From assembly GCA_964499305.1 (NCBI GenBank), contig CAZCKR010000002.1:5054-41611 (forward strand): a stretch of 36,558 nucleotides of DNA, in the 5' to 3' direction. Made by a program: the position numbers and the translations under genes. This DNA comes from an uncultured Candidatus Bathyarchaeia archaeon (GTDB lineage Archaea; Thermoproteota; Bathyarchaeia; TCS64). The stretch's first letter is position 1. The number at the start of each line of letters is the position of its first letter. Under the pieces are notes generated by a model, which saw only the letters and a program-made list of their open reading frames with translations, did not search any database and had not been told where the DNA came from. This document shows positions 8,996-17,792 of this stretch, in pieces.

Positions 8996-10255
8996 TTATA
9001 CCTCCAACGATGGTTCTTCCTCGGCCTCCTCTGCTTCCCTCTCGCCCGTTAACGGTTTTAACTGTATGGAGCCGAGTACTGTGTTAATGATCTTCCTTCT
9101 CCTCTGGTTGTTCAGCTTGGCCACGTTGTCCGCCTGCCACGGTAGCCCTATCTTCGGTGGTTCCATGTCGCCGTACTCCACGAGCGGAGTGAGCGTGTTT
9201 GTGATTGCGTAAGCCTCTAAACCAGAGTTCCTGAGCAGGAGCGTGAGGTGGATTATCAGCTCGTTCTTCTCGCCGTGGACGATGAACCTCTCGACCAGGT
9301 CCGAGAGGTGGTCGAGCTGCGAGTCCGTGTGCATGTTAACCTGCTGCAGATGCCTCCGCCATGTCCCGGTAATGTCCTGCCTGACGAGTGATTCCTCCGC
9401 GTAGCGCTTCATGCTTCGGTAGCTAATATAGAACCCCAGGCATACGGCGGCCCACTCTCCGATCACAACGTACTGGGGATTAAGGCCTGAGAGCTCAAGG
9501 AAGTAATTCCGGACAAAGAAGAGGTAGTATATAAAGACGAAGTTGAGCAGCGTCACCTTCTCGATCTGGCCGCCTATCCTGCTGCCAAGATACTCTAAGT
9601 AGGGGTTGGGGTGGTTCTTGAAAACGCCCGTGAGGGAGAGCACCGCCGTTATGGCAGTGCTAGCTATGATAACGTTGTTCACTGGTTCAGCCAGCCCCGC
9701 TCTGATAATTGGCAGCAGGATGCCGGAGAAGGGTGAGTCTAGGACCAGGGCCTCGAAGAAAGGGTAGATGTTGAGCCAAGTCCGGCTCCCCAGAAACCCT
9801 ATGAATAAAATGTAGATGCTTGTGAGTATGGACTCGAAGATGTAATTGATGTCCCTGACGTACATGCTCAGTATGTCATGGAGAGCCGAGAGCATCGTCG
9901 CGAACAACAGGAAGGCCGTCAGGGGCTTCACCCAGCCCGGGACGAGGCTCCAGTCGGCCGCAAAGTAAAGGAAGGCGGTGTAAGCCACCGTGTTCAAGCC
10001 CTCGGACAGCCTATCCGTCGCCTTCCCGACGAGGAGCTTATCGGCGATGACGCTGGAGTACTTCATGCTAAGGAAAGCTATGAGGGGGACCCCAAGGAAG
10101 GAGAGGCTGAGCGTGACGTCGTACCCAAGTATGTCCAATGGAATAATGGTTTCCTGCAACACTAGGAACCAGATGGTCACCGTTAGAAACGCGACGTATA
10201 CTACCGAAGGCAGAACGATCTCTTTAGCTCTCTTCTCCATTAAAAGCCTCCTCAA
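8996..10255 (-). CDS. Polytopic membrane protein of unknown function (operon member)
   Basis: 419-aa ORF with about 8 hydrophobic segments followed by a soluble C-terminal region of about 130 aa. Overlaps the transglutaminase stop. An alternative ATG lies at 10240. Confidence 0.65.
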   Translation of the reverse strand: MRRLLMEKRAKEIVLPSVVYVAFLTVTIWFLVLQETIIPLDILGYDVTLSLSFLGVPLIAFLSMKYSSVIADKLLVGKATDRLSEGLNTVAYTAFLYFAADWSLVPGWVKPLTAFLLFATMLSALHDILSMYVRDINYIFESILTSIYILFIGFLGSRTWLNIYPFFEALVLDSPFSGILLPIIRAGLAEPVNNVIIASTAITAVLSLTGVFKNHPNPYLEYLGSRIGGQIEKVTLLNFVFIYYLFFVRNYFLELSGLNPQYVVIGEWAAVCLGFYISYRSMKRYAEESLVRQDITGTWRRHLQQVNMHTDSQLDHLSDLVERFIVHGEKNELIIHLTLLLRNSGLEAYAITNTLTPLVEYGDMEPPKIGLPWQADNVAKLNNQRRRKIINTVLGSIQLKPLTGEREAEEAEEEPSLEV

Positions 10256-13200
10256 ACTCTATCTTGGCGAGGTAGAATCTCTCGTAGCTTTCCCTCGCTA
10301 TGGGGTGAAGGCTGTAGTTAGCCTCCTCGAATATGAAGGTCATCTCCCCTAGCGCGCCATGTGTCTCCGCAGGTGTCTGGGTCTTAAGGTAGCCCAAGAG
10401 CTCCCGCGCAGTGTAGTTGTCCTCGATCTTGTCGAACCTCTTCCGCGCGTCCCTGAACTTGGTGTTGAAGAGGTCGATGATCTCCTCACGGTAGTCGACT
10501 ATCTTTACAGCGAGCTCAGTGTTAAGCTCCTCGACGCGGTAACTAGCCAATATTTTCAGGCTCCCAGTGGACGGGGTGACCGTGGTGATCGCCGACAGAC
10601 CCTCTTCTCCGGTGGATACCACTCGCGGTTCACTGTCTATCTCCATGTCTATCTGGGCGTTCACTATCGGGTAGCCCTCAACCGTGGTTAACTCCACCGA
10701 GACCTCAAGTTCCTCGTTGACACCCCAGACGTTGGGGAACGGGGTCTGTATCTGGGGCATCGAGATGGTCAACCGGGTCGACCCAGTCTCTGACTCGGCT
10801 ACGCTTATAGGCTGCTCCGGCGGCGCCCTCTGTTTCCTCCTCATCTGTAGATAGACTAGGGCGCCTACACCTACGAGGGCTAGGAAAACGGCTGCCGCCT
10901 GCAGGAACGGGAAAGATGTCGGCGCGAGCACCGTTAAAGTAGTCATTGCGGAGGCAGCCGTGTAGAGTTCTTCACCCGGATACGAAGCGGACAACGTCAT
11001 TGTGGTGTCCTCTGGCTCGGAAAGCCTGAAACTGAACTCCGCCACACCGGCGCCGTCCGTGGCTGCCGTGAGGTTCTCGGTATTTTCGCCGCAGAGGTAG
11101 AGAAGTGTCAAGGGTCTGCTCCACAAGGACTCGCCGTGGTCGTCCCTGAGCACCACCTTGACGACATGCTGCTGCCCAGCCTGGACCTGCTGTCTTGACT
11201 CAAGGCTGATCCTTGGCCTCGCCTTCACGACGGCGGATGAGTCTACTCTCTGTTGGTTGCTATGAAGCGTGAACCCCAGGGGGATCTCACCCAACTCGTG
11301 GTCGATGGGCGGCCTGTAGGAGATGAAGAACTCGCCCACCTCGTTAGTCACTGTGGAGATCTCCTTGTCCTCCAGCCGTAGGGTCAGTGTCTCTGAGTCA
11401 CCAGGGATCTCGTCGGCGTGGACCCTGCCTCTGATGACCGAGTTCTCGCCCCTGACCAAAACGATGTCTCTCGTGGGTGTGATGGTAAGGGGAATCGACT
11501 CAACATATGTACTCTCGGATGTTCCAAGATGGTACTCTGCGCCCTCGTACGTCATCTCCACCATGAATGCGCCTGGTTCATCGAAGATTCCCGTGAGTCT
11601 AATGCGGCCCTCGCCGTCGGTGACCTTGTTGTAGGTCTCTGCCCCTGCGGTGAATGTGCACTGGGCTTCAGGGAGAGATCTGCTGGTCTGCTTCTCCACT
11701 AGAGTGCAGGATATGTTGAAGGCTTGACCGGTGATGACCTTCTCGGGCACGTCGTATGTGAACTCGGTCTCCGTGTAGCTCACTATCGGTGGATCGCTCC
11801 AGGAGTCTAGGTACGCCTCGTTCTCCAGTGTGTGGGCGTCCACGTTGTACTCGCCCCCGGGGAGACCAAGTGGGAAGAGACAGGTGACGTTGAACCTGCC
11901 GTCGACAACCACTCCTCGACCAGTCAGGGTGCCGTCCCCGGATTTCTCCTTCTTCAGGTAGACGAGGACGTCTAGCCCCTCGACGTCGTTTCCTTGGTCG
12001 TCCACGACGGTGCCGGCCACGGTGAAGTATGAGCCTACGAGGACATACTCGTCCTGGTGTGTGATCGTGGTGTTTGTCGGTGTTCTGTTCGACGGCTCCT
12101 CGGGCGTCCAAGCCTCTCCGGCGGGGGTCGCATCGAAAACGATCCACCCGAGGTCGTCGAAGAGTACCTCCGTGTATGCATGAGCCTGAGTCGTCTCCAC
12201 GGACTGGGTCTCGGCGGCAGGGTCGACTAGGTAACCTGTCACGAGCCGCGCGGGCACACCTAGACTCCGGGCGAGAAGAGTCAAAGCCGTGTTGAAGTTG
12301 GTGCACACCCCCTGCCTCTCATGGAATAGGAACCACTCCACCGGGTCGACGCCGCTGGGAGATCGTGTGTAGGAAAGGTTGTAAGCGTAGTTGGTCTTCA
12401 GATGGCTCTCCAGTGCCTTCACCTTGAGGGACGGCGTCTCAGCGTTACGGGTTACCTGCTCCGCGAAAGGAGTTATCAAGTCCTCCAGGGTGTCCGGCAC
12501 CTGTAAATACAGCGTGCTGTTGAACGGCGTCGCCTGCTCCAGCGTCGTCTCATTGAACATATAGACCTCTGACTGCACCTCGTAGCTCAGGTTCAACGGA
12601 TCGTCCACGCGGAAGAGCCCATGCTCGGGGTAGAAAGTCATGTTCCAGTCGACGACGATCTGAAGCGGGTGAAGCGGCGAAGGTATGAAGCCGCCCAAGG
12701 CCTGGGCCGGCTCCACGTAGTAATGATGCTCCTGATAGCCGCTGTAGTTACCTATGACGGAGGCCACGTACTGGCCCCAGTACGGGACGGAGAGGGAGCC
12801 GTGCATATACCATGAGCCATTGTAGTAGTAGCCAACGCCGTCCCTCAAGTAGGGTGAGCCTGTGACCCCGTAGATCCTGAAGACCTCTTCACCCGTCGTA
12901 GGTACATCGCCTTCGACAGGTAACTCTTCGCTGTCGTCATAGGATGGTCCAGGAATTCCACCCGTCTCGTTGAAGCCTCCGAACTCCTCGATCATGGACA
13001 GCAGGTCTGCGCCAGGTGTGGCGTCGAAGATTATCCAGCCCAGGCCCTCGAAGGGGACCTCGGTAAAAGCGTGAGCCTGGATCGGGTAAACGTCTTGCAG
13101 CATGGTTTCGGGATCGATGTAGTAGCCTCCCACAAGCCTCGCGGTTATGTTCAGGCATCTGGCCATCATGGTGAGAGCCGTGTTGAAGTCGGTGCAGACC

Positions 13201-14060
13201 CCCTCCCCGCTCTCGTAGAGGAACCACTCAAGGGGGTCCACTCCGGGGGGAGCGTCCGGGCAGGTCAAGTTATAGTCGTAGTGGGTCTCAAGGTACTCCT
13301 CCAGGGCTCTAAGCTGCTCGTACGGCGTCGACGCGTTGCCGACTATCTCCTCGGCAAGCGCCGTTAGGTCGTCCTCGATCTCCTCGGACACTTCAAGGTA
13401 GTCGGGTAGATACACGACGTCGCATTCGTCGAGGAGGTCGTCGCTGTAGCTGTACTTTATGTAGGTGAGGTTATAGGCGTCTATGCCCGCCTCGCAGCTG
13501 AACACCATCTCGTCGCCGTAGTAGGTGACCAAATCGGTGAGGTTGAGGCCGATTGTGTTGGGAGCCGTCGGGATGTACGTGCCCAGATCTGTCAGCGGCT
13601 CGACGGTGAAGCTCACCCGCACGAGAGAGGCGTTAACATATATATCGGGCCAGAGAAGCTCACCCGTATATGTGATGGGGTCGGACGGCGAGGAGCCCCA
13701 GAGTCCGGAGAGATACTTGTCGTAGGCCATGAGCCTCAGGTACTTTGTGCCCGTGGAGCCCCTCACCCTGAAGATGGGATCGGCTTCACCCATCTCTATG
13801 TCCGGCTTCTCCAGCTTCGTGGACTCGGGGTTAGGCGTCGGGGATACCTCTGGCTTCAGACCGGGCAGGCTGGGCGTCTGGAGCTCCTCCAAGGTCGGGA
13901 CCTCGCCCAGCGAGTCGATGGAGAGGGATAACAGTAGGACGGATAAAACAATACACGCTAAGACGATAACGGTCTTGTGAATACGCTGCAAATAGCCCGT
14001 CCACCATGATATTCGAAGTCGAACGCGATATAAGAATTCTAGAGGAATGAAATAGATCAC
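10224..14060 (-). CDS. Giant membrane-anchored protein with two transglutaminase-like cores, Ig-like repeats, a late TM helix and a DUF4129-like tail
   Basis: N-terminal signal-anchor. Two copies of the core motif set: GVCTDFNTAL...QAHAFTEV...IFDATP (Cys codon 13196..13194) and GVCTNFNTAL...QAHAYTEV...VFDATP (Cys codon 12305..12303). Then beta-rich repeats, a TM helix at about 10845-10916, and a C-terminal YTARELLGYL...EANYSLHP region resembling DUF4129. GTG start. Confidence 0.85.
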   Translation of the reverse strand: MIYFIPLEFLYRVRLRISWWTGYLQRIHKTVIVLACIVLSVLLLSLSIDSLGEVPTLEELQTPSLPGLKPEVSPTPNPESTKLEKPDIEMGEADPIFRVRGSTGTKYLRLMAYDKYLSGLWGSSPSDPITYTGELLWPDIYVNASLVRVSFTVEPLTDLGTYIPTAPNTIGLNLTDLVTYYGDEMVFSCEAGIDAYNLTYIKYSYSDDLLDECDVVYLPDYLEVSEEIEDDLTALAEEIVGNASTPYEQLRALEEYLETHYDYNLTCPDAPPGVDPLEWFLYESGEGVCTDFNTALTMMARCLNITARLVGGYYIDPETMLQDVYPIQAHAFTEVPFEGLGWIIFDATPGADLLSMIEEFGGFNETGGIPGPSYDDSEELPVEGDVPTTGEEVFRIYGVTGSPYLRDGVGYYYNGSWYMHGSLSVPYWGQYVASVIGNYSGYQEHHYYVEPAQALGGFIPSPLHPLQIVVDWNMTFYPEHGLFRVDDPLNLSYEVQSEVYMFNETTLEQATPFNSTLYLQVPDTLEDLITPFAEQVTRNAETPSLKVKALESHLKTNYAYNLSYTRSPSGVDPVEWFLFHERQGVCTNFNTALTLLARSLGVPARLVTGYLVDPAAETQSVETTQAHAYTEVLFDDLGWIVFDATPAGEAWTPEEPSNRTPTNTTITHQDEYVLVGSYFTVAGTVVDDQGNDVEGLDVLVYLKKEKSGDGTLTGRGVVVDGRFNVTCLFPLGLPGGEYNVDAHTLENEAYLDSWSDPPIVSYTETEFTYDVPEKVITGQAFNISCTLVEKQTSRSLPEAQCTFTAGAETYNKVTDGEGRIRLTGIFDEPGAFMVEMTYEGAEYHLGTSESTYVESIPLTITPTRDIVLVRGENSVIRGRVHADEIPGDSETLTLRLEDKEISTVTNEVGEFFISYRPPIDHELGEIPLGFTLHSNQQRVDSSAVVKARPRISLESRQQVQAGQQHVVKVVLRDDHGESLWSRPLTLLYLCGENTENLTAATDGAGVAEFSFRLSEPEDTTMTLSASYPGEELYTAASAMTTLTVLAPTSFPFLQAAAVFLALVGVGALVYLQMRRKQRAPPEQPISVAESETGSTRLTISMPQIQTPFPNVWGVNEELEVSVELTTVEGYPIVNAQIDMEIDSEPRVVSTGEEGLSAITTVTPSTGSLKILASYRVEELNTELAVKIVDYREEIIDLFNTKFRDARKRFDKIEDNYTARELLGYLKTQTPAETHGALGEMTFIFEEANYSLHPIARESYERFYLAKIEFEEAFNGEES

Positions 14061-14298
14061 CTAAAGTCTAATTTATTTCGATCCATGAAGCTGATAGCCT
14101 CAGTTCTAGTGGTTGTCCTGCCAAGTACCTTTAGCTAATAATGTAAGAGGCGCGTTAATGTCACAATGATAAACGTGGATATCGTTCTCTACAAACGATT
14201 ACGGTGCATAAATATATAGAGCCGCTACTTTAGCCCAATTAACTAGCATCTTACCCTCAAGTTCATATTCTAACAACCATTAAGTATACGTGATTTAC

Positions 14299-15111
14299 AT
14301 GTCTGCAGGGGCGCGTAAGCTCTTCAATCCGTGGAACATAGCATTGGTTACGCTACTAGTGGGGTTGATGCTGGGGTATCAGGTCAACGATGTGTTATCG
14401 TCAGGCAAGATCAACAGTTTCCAGGAGACGGTTGACGATCAGAGCGCCACGATTACATCGTTGGAGCAGCAGGTAGCTGTGCTGCATGAGAACTACACCA
14501 AAGTTCAAGACGATCTAGCGCAGGTCACGAAGGTCTACGAGACCCTCCAGAACCACGCGGTCCTGAGGAGCATATACGACGAGCTGCTGGAGGACTACGA
14601 GGACGCGACCCAGGAGCTGGACGACGCCAATGACATGGTGTATGAACTCGAAGACCAGGTCAGCGATCTCGAGTACGAGGTAAACGAGCTCGAGGAAGAG
14701 TATGATGAGCTTCAGGAGAGTTATTTCAAGTTGTGGAACGAATACAACAAAATCAGGGTCTTGAGCTGGACATACCTCGTCGTGAACGGCTTGGAGGTTA
14801 ACCTCACCACCACAAAACTCGAGTACGAGGCAAACACAAACGTCGAGGGCATTATAAGAATTCACCACGTCAACGGGGAGCCTTTCAATGGTACCTTCGT
14901 ACTGAGAGTATGGAGTGACATTCTAAGTGTGGGCAGTAGTTCAGCCGAGAAACAGATCTACGGTGAAGCAGAATATATATTCGTTAATCCTTTCAAGTTT
15001 GGAGCGGGGTCGTATTCTCTCAGAGTCTCAACTATTAAGGACGCGGAAGGCAATGTCGTCGCCAGTTCTACACAGCTTAAGGATTACTCGATAGATGTAC
15101 AAGTAGGGTAA
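14299..15111 (+). CDS. Membrane-anchored coiled-coil protein with C-terminal beta-sandwich-like domain
   Basis: ATG at 14299 (in-frame GTG at 14290). TM segment NIALVTLLVGLMLGY, an acidic heptad-rich stretch, then a beta-rich C-terminus. Divergent from the transglutaminase operon. Confidence 0.6.
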   Translation: MSAGARKLFNPWNIALVTLLVGLMLGYQVNDVLSSGKINSFQETVDDQSATITSLEQQVAVLHENYTKVQDDLAQVTKVYETLQNHAVLRSIYDELLEDYEDATQELDDANDMVYELEDQVSDLEYEVNELEEEYDELQESYFKLWNEYNKIRVLSWTYLVVNGLEVNLTTTKLEYEANTNVEGIIRIHHVNGEPFNGTFVLRVWSDILSVGSSSAEKQIYGEAEYIFVNPFKFGAGSYSLRVSTIKDAEGNVVASSTQLKDYSIDVQVG

Positions 15112-15173
15112 CACCGAAAGGTTCGATAAATTATCGTGGCAGACTTCAAATATCATTGGGTGTAGCAACTCTT

Positions 15174-15632
15174 ATGCCTAGAAGGATTCTGCTTGAATGG
15201 CCTTCAGAGGATGTCACCGTACACGCGACGCTGCTTGATTATGAAGAGCCGGAACTATGTCAACTCCTATGGGGTAACCTCGAGAAGCCATTAAAGATGT
15301 TCTGCAGACACCCAGTCTCTACTGGTGAGGAGTTCAGCGCAGCCGCCCGACCACCCAAGCACCCAGTGAAGACAGGAGATGTACTCGGCAGGCACAAGCG
15401 AATGTTCTGCGAGATCGAGCCGGGGAGCATCAACTACAGCGTACACGGCGGCTACGGTGGCCTCAGCTGCTATTATGGCCCCTGCACTGAGCCCATCACG
15501 GTGAAGGGAGCGGTGGTGGCCAAAGTAGCAGACGAAGACATAGCCACCCTAAGGAGAGCCGGGGTGGCTGTGTGGAACGCCTACTACATGACACATGAGC
15601 CAATCACTATGGTGGTGAGGAGGGTGGAGTGA
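15174..15632 (+). CDS. Uncharacterised protein, possibly cyclophilin-like DUF3830 family
   Basis: ATG at 15174 (TTG at 15156 also in frame). The pattern ILLEWPSEDVTVHATLLDYEEPELCQLLWGNL resembles DUF3830 N-termini (recalled by eye, not searched). Confidence 0.55.
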   Translation: MPRRILLEWPSEDVTVHATLLDYEEPELCQLLWGNLEKPLKMFCRHPVSTGEEFSAAARPPKHPVKTGDVLGRHKRMFCEIEPGSINYSVHGGYGGLSCYYGPCTEPITVKGAVVAKVADEDIATLRRAGVAVWNAYYMTHEPITMVVRRVE

Positions 15633-16189
15633 TGGCTAGGGAATGGAGGAAGGTAAAGGAAGAGATAGAGGACGACTTGGACAGGATATTCTGGGAGGAG
15701 CCCATCGAGATCACCATGTGCAAACACGGTGTCTTCCCCAGCGGCGCCAGTGTCGGCGACCAGGTGCTCGGTAACCTCGTGTTCCTAATAGCGGACACGC
15801 AGGCGATGGGCTGGAAGTGCGCCGCACCGGCGTTGCGATCGGCTTTAGCTGACCCAGAGTTCAGCCTTGAGCAGTGCAAGAGGATGTGGAGGTACTCGAC
15901 GCTCCACATAGCGAGGATGCTGGGAGACGCGGCTCCGCCGGGCTGCCCAGCGCCGTGGCTCAACTTGCCCAACCTCTACAGGTTCGCTAAGGGAATCGAC
16001 GGGGCCCTTCATTCGGTGAAGACCAAGGAGGAGCTAGAGGATCTACTTTGGAGCTGGTTCAACTACGTTGACTGCCTCAACAGATGGTTCTTCCTCGTGT
16101 TCCCTTGGCACCTAGGCAAGATGTTCCCATTGGTGAAGCCAGAGGACGTAGAGAAACTAGATGCCCTCCAAAAGACGTGGAAGGAGTAG
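15629..16189 (+). CDS. Hypothetical helical protein, translationally coupled to the upstream gene
   Basis: The ATG at 15632 overlaps the upstream TGA (TGATG). 185 aa, Trp-rich and helical. No motif recognised. Confidence 0.55.
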   Translation: MMAREWRKVKEEIEDDLDRIFWEEPIEITMCKHGVFPSGASVGDQVLGNLVFLIADTQAMGWKCAAPALRSALADPEFSLEQCKRMWRYSTLHIARMLGDAAPPGCPAPWLNLPNLYRFAKGIDGALHSVKTKEELEDLLWSWFNYVDCLNRWFFLVFPWHLGKMFPLVKPEDVEKLDALQKTWKE

Positions 16190-16286
16190 AGGCAAAGAAA
16201 TGGTCACGCTGCCCCCTAGGTTATGGATCTGGGAGAAGACGTCTGGGGGAGCTGAAGGGTAGGCCTGGGTTAGATTCTTGCTGTGT

Positions 16287-16631
16287 TTATATCTCTATTC
16301 TGAGTTTCTTGATCTCCAGCTTCAACAGGTAAAGGGCATAGAAGATGAGGCTGCACAGGATGAGCAGCGTACCAAGGGTTAGAAAGGTGAAGGTGATCAA
16401 CGCCATGGGGACGCTGAAGTAGTTAGTCAGTTGACAGTCCCTCACGAAGAGATACCCCGAGAAAAGGGAAGTAAATATGAAGAGGAGCCCAGGGAGCCCT
16501 ATCATAGGCAGCGGTTTATCCTGCACCAAGAGCTTGAGGGCGACCATTATCAGCTCGAGTCCGTGGTATACCGGGTCTTTCTTGGAGGTGTTCTCCAAGC
16601 CCTCGTAGCGTATGGTGGCCGGGACCTCCAT
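16287..16631 (-). CDS. C-terminal membrane part of the same GT2 glycosyltransferase
   Basis: Same reading frame as 16668..17249. The stretch after the TAG reads QLSIARKFGLRVMEVPATIRYE, the expected continuation of GT2 DPM-synthase-like enzymes, followed by 2-3 TM helices. Confidence 0.7.
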   Translation of the reverse strand: MEVPATIRYEGLENTSKKDPVYHGLELIMVALKLLVQDKPLPMIGLPGLLFIFTSLFSGYLFVRDCQLTNYFSVPMALITFTFLTLGTLLILCSLIFYALYLLKLEIKKLRIEI

Positions 16632-16667
16632 TACGCGTAGACCGAACTTCCGGGCTATGGAAAGCTG

Positions 16668-17249
16668 CTAGGTCTCGACGCCGAACCCGTCCTCGCTCAT
16701 ATCGGTGAACAGCCTCAACGCGTCCTTGTTGAATGCGCGGAAGTCGCTCTGGGTGTCCTTGACGCCGTCATTCGCGGTCTGGCTGAACGCGTTCACGATG
16801 GACACCCCGACTCTACGGTAGAGCGGCGCGTCGGTGGAGGAACCTGCGACGTACCGGGAGCCTATGACGAGGCCTGCCTCACCGTCGAGTATAGGCGCGA
16901 CGAGGCGCGGGATGTCTTCTGGGTTATGCTGTCCGTCTGCGTCCATCATGACTATGACGTCGGGGGCTATCCTGTCCGCTAACCGGAAACAAGTATGGAG
17001 AGCTCTGCCTTTCCCCTTGTTGGATGGGTTTCTGACGACAGTAGCCCCTTTCCTTCTGGCTATCTCGTTGGTCTCGTCTGTTGACCCGTCGTCGCATACG
17101 ATGACATGCTCCACGTGTCTGAAGACCTGATCTAGTATTTTGCCGATGTTTTTTTCCTCGTTATAGGCTGGGATGCATACCAGGATGAATGGTTTGAGGC
17201 TCTCGTACTCGGAGTGCTGACTCATTACGTCTATGAACTGCTGGGACAC
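16668..17249 (-). CDS. GT2 glycosyltransferase (dolichyl-phosphate sugar synthase-like), catalytic part ending at an in-frame TAG
   Basis: CIPAYNEE, DDGSTDET, DADGQH (DxD) and GSRY motifs. Ends ...DGFGVET then TAG (16670..16668), in the middle of the conserved fold. Confidence 0.8.
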   Translation of the reverse strand: MSQQFIDVMSQHSEYESLKPFILVCIPAYNEEKNIGKILDQVFRHVEHVIVCDDGSTDETNEIARRKGATVVRNPSNKGKGRALHTCFRLADRIAPDVIVMMDADGQHNPEDIPRLVAPILDGEAGLVIGSRYVAGSSTDAPLYRRVGVSIVNAFSQTANDGVKDTQSDFRAFNKDALRLFTDMSEDGFGVET

Positions 17250-17272
17250 GTGGGATGCCTCGTCTCTTGGTG

Positions 17273-17317
17273 TTCGTGGAACAGTATTCCATATTAGAGT
17301 GTGAGTGTAATCAGGCG
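17273..17317 (-). promoter_or_regulatory. 45-nt conserved promoter/operator motif upstream of the GT2 gene (copy 1)
   Basis: TTCGTGGAACAGTATTCCATATTAGAGTGTGAGTGTAATCAGGCG matches 23042-23086 at 42 of 45 positions. On the minus strand it reads TAATAT (TATA-like), followed by the dyad TGGAA-N5-TTCCA. Confidence 0.6.
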
Positions 17318-17377
17318 TAACAACTAGGACGGTATGCGCCGCTTCTCTTTGGTTCAGATAAAAACGTTGGGGTCCGA

Positions 17378-17641
17378 TTAGCTGTCTGTTTCTTTGAATA
17401 CCTCGTCTCCTTTACGGACTCTGTCGCTTACCTTCAGCCCGATGGAGTCTCCGGCGCCCGCCTCCTCGACTGCTTCATGCATTATCTGCATGGATCTGAC
17501 CACCTGCGTGAACTCGGTGGTGGCGCCCCTCACTGTTATCTTATCCCCGACCTTCAACGTCGAAACCAGCTCAACTACTGCCACCCCTATGTTTGTGTAG
17601 TAATGGCTTACATCACCAATTTTCACTAAAGGTTCCGGCAT
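17378..17641 (-). CDS. Small EF-Tu domain-2-like beta-barrel protein
   Basis: ATG at 17641. The sequence MPEPLVKIGDVSHYYTNIGVAVVELVSTLKVGDKITVRG...GDSIGLKV..VRKGDEVF matches the translation-factor domain II-like barrel pattern. Confidence 0.6.
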   Translation of the reverse strand: MPEPLVKIGDVSHYYTNIGVAVVELVSTLKVGDKITVRGATTEFTQVVRSMQIMHEAVEEAGAGDSIGLKVSDRVRKGDEVFKETDS

Positions 17642-17792
17642 AGATAGAGATTGGTTGAAGGACGTTAAATGGTTTCCGGGAGATATCTCTGGTTTCCGAG
17701 TGCCTCTGATAAACACGATTTAGGTTTATATGCTCGGGAACTCAAGATTTGAGGATTTATTAAATTGAAAAAAGGAGGTTTTGTGAATCAGT

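Noticed and set aside
11668-12306. 212-aa Arg/Pro-rich alternative-frame ORF inside the transglutaminase gene
   Set aside because: Same strand but shifted frame. The extreme Arg/Pro/Gly composition is characteristic of off-frame translation of GC-rich coding DNA. The main frame encodes the second transglutaminase core here.
16668-16670. Pyrrolysine or other programmed recoding of the in-frame TAG in the GT2 gene
   Set aside because: No pyl genes or suppressor tRNA are in the window, and TAG is used as an ordinary stop by neighbouring genes. It is kept only as an unlikely alternative under the GT2 finding.
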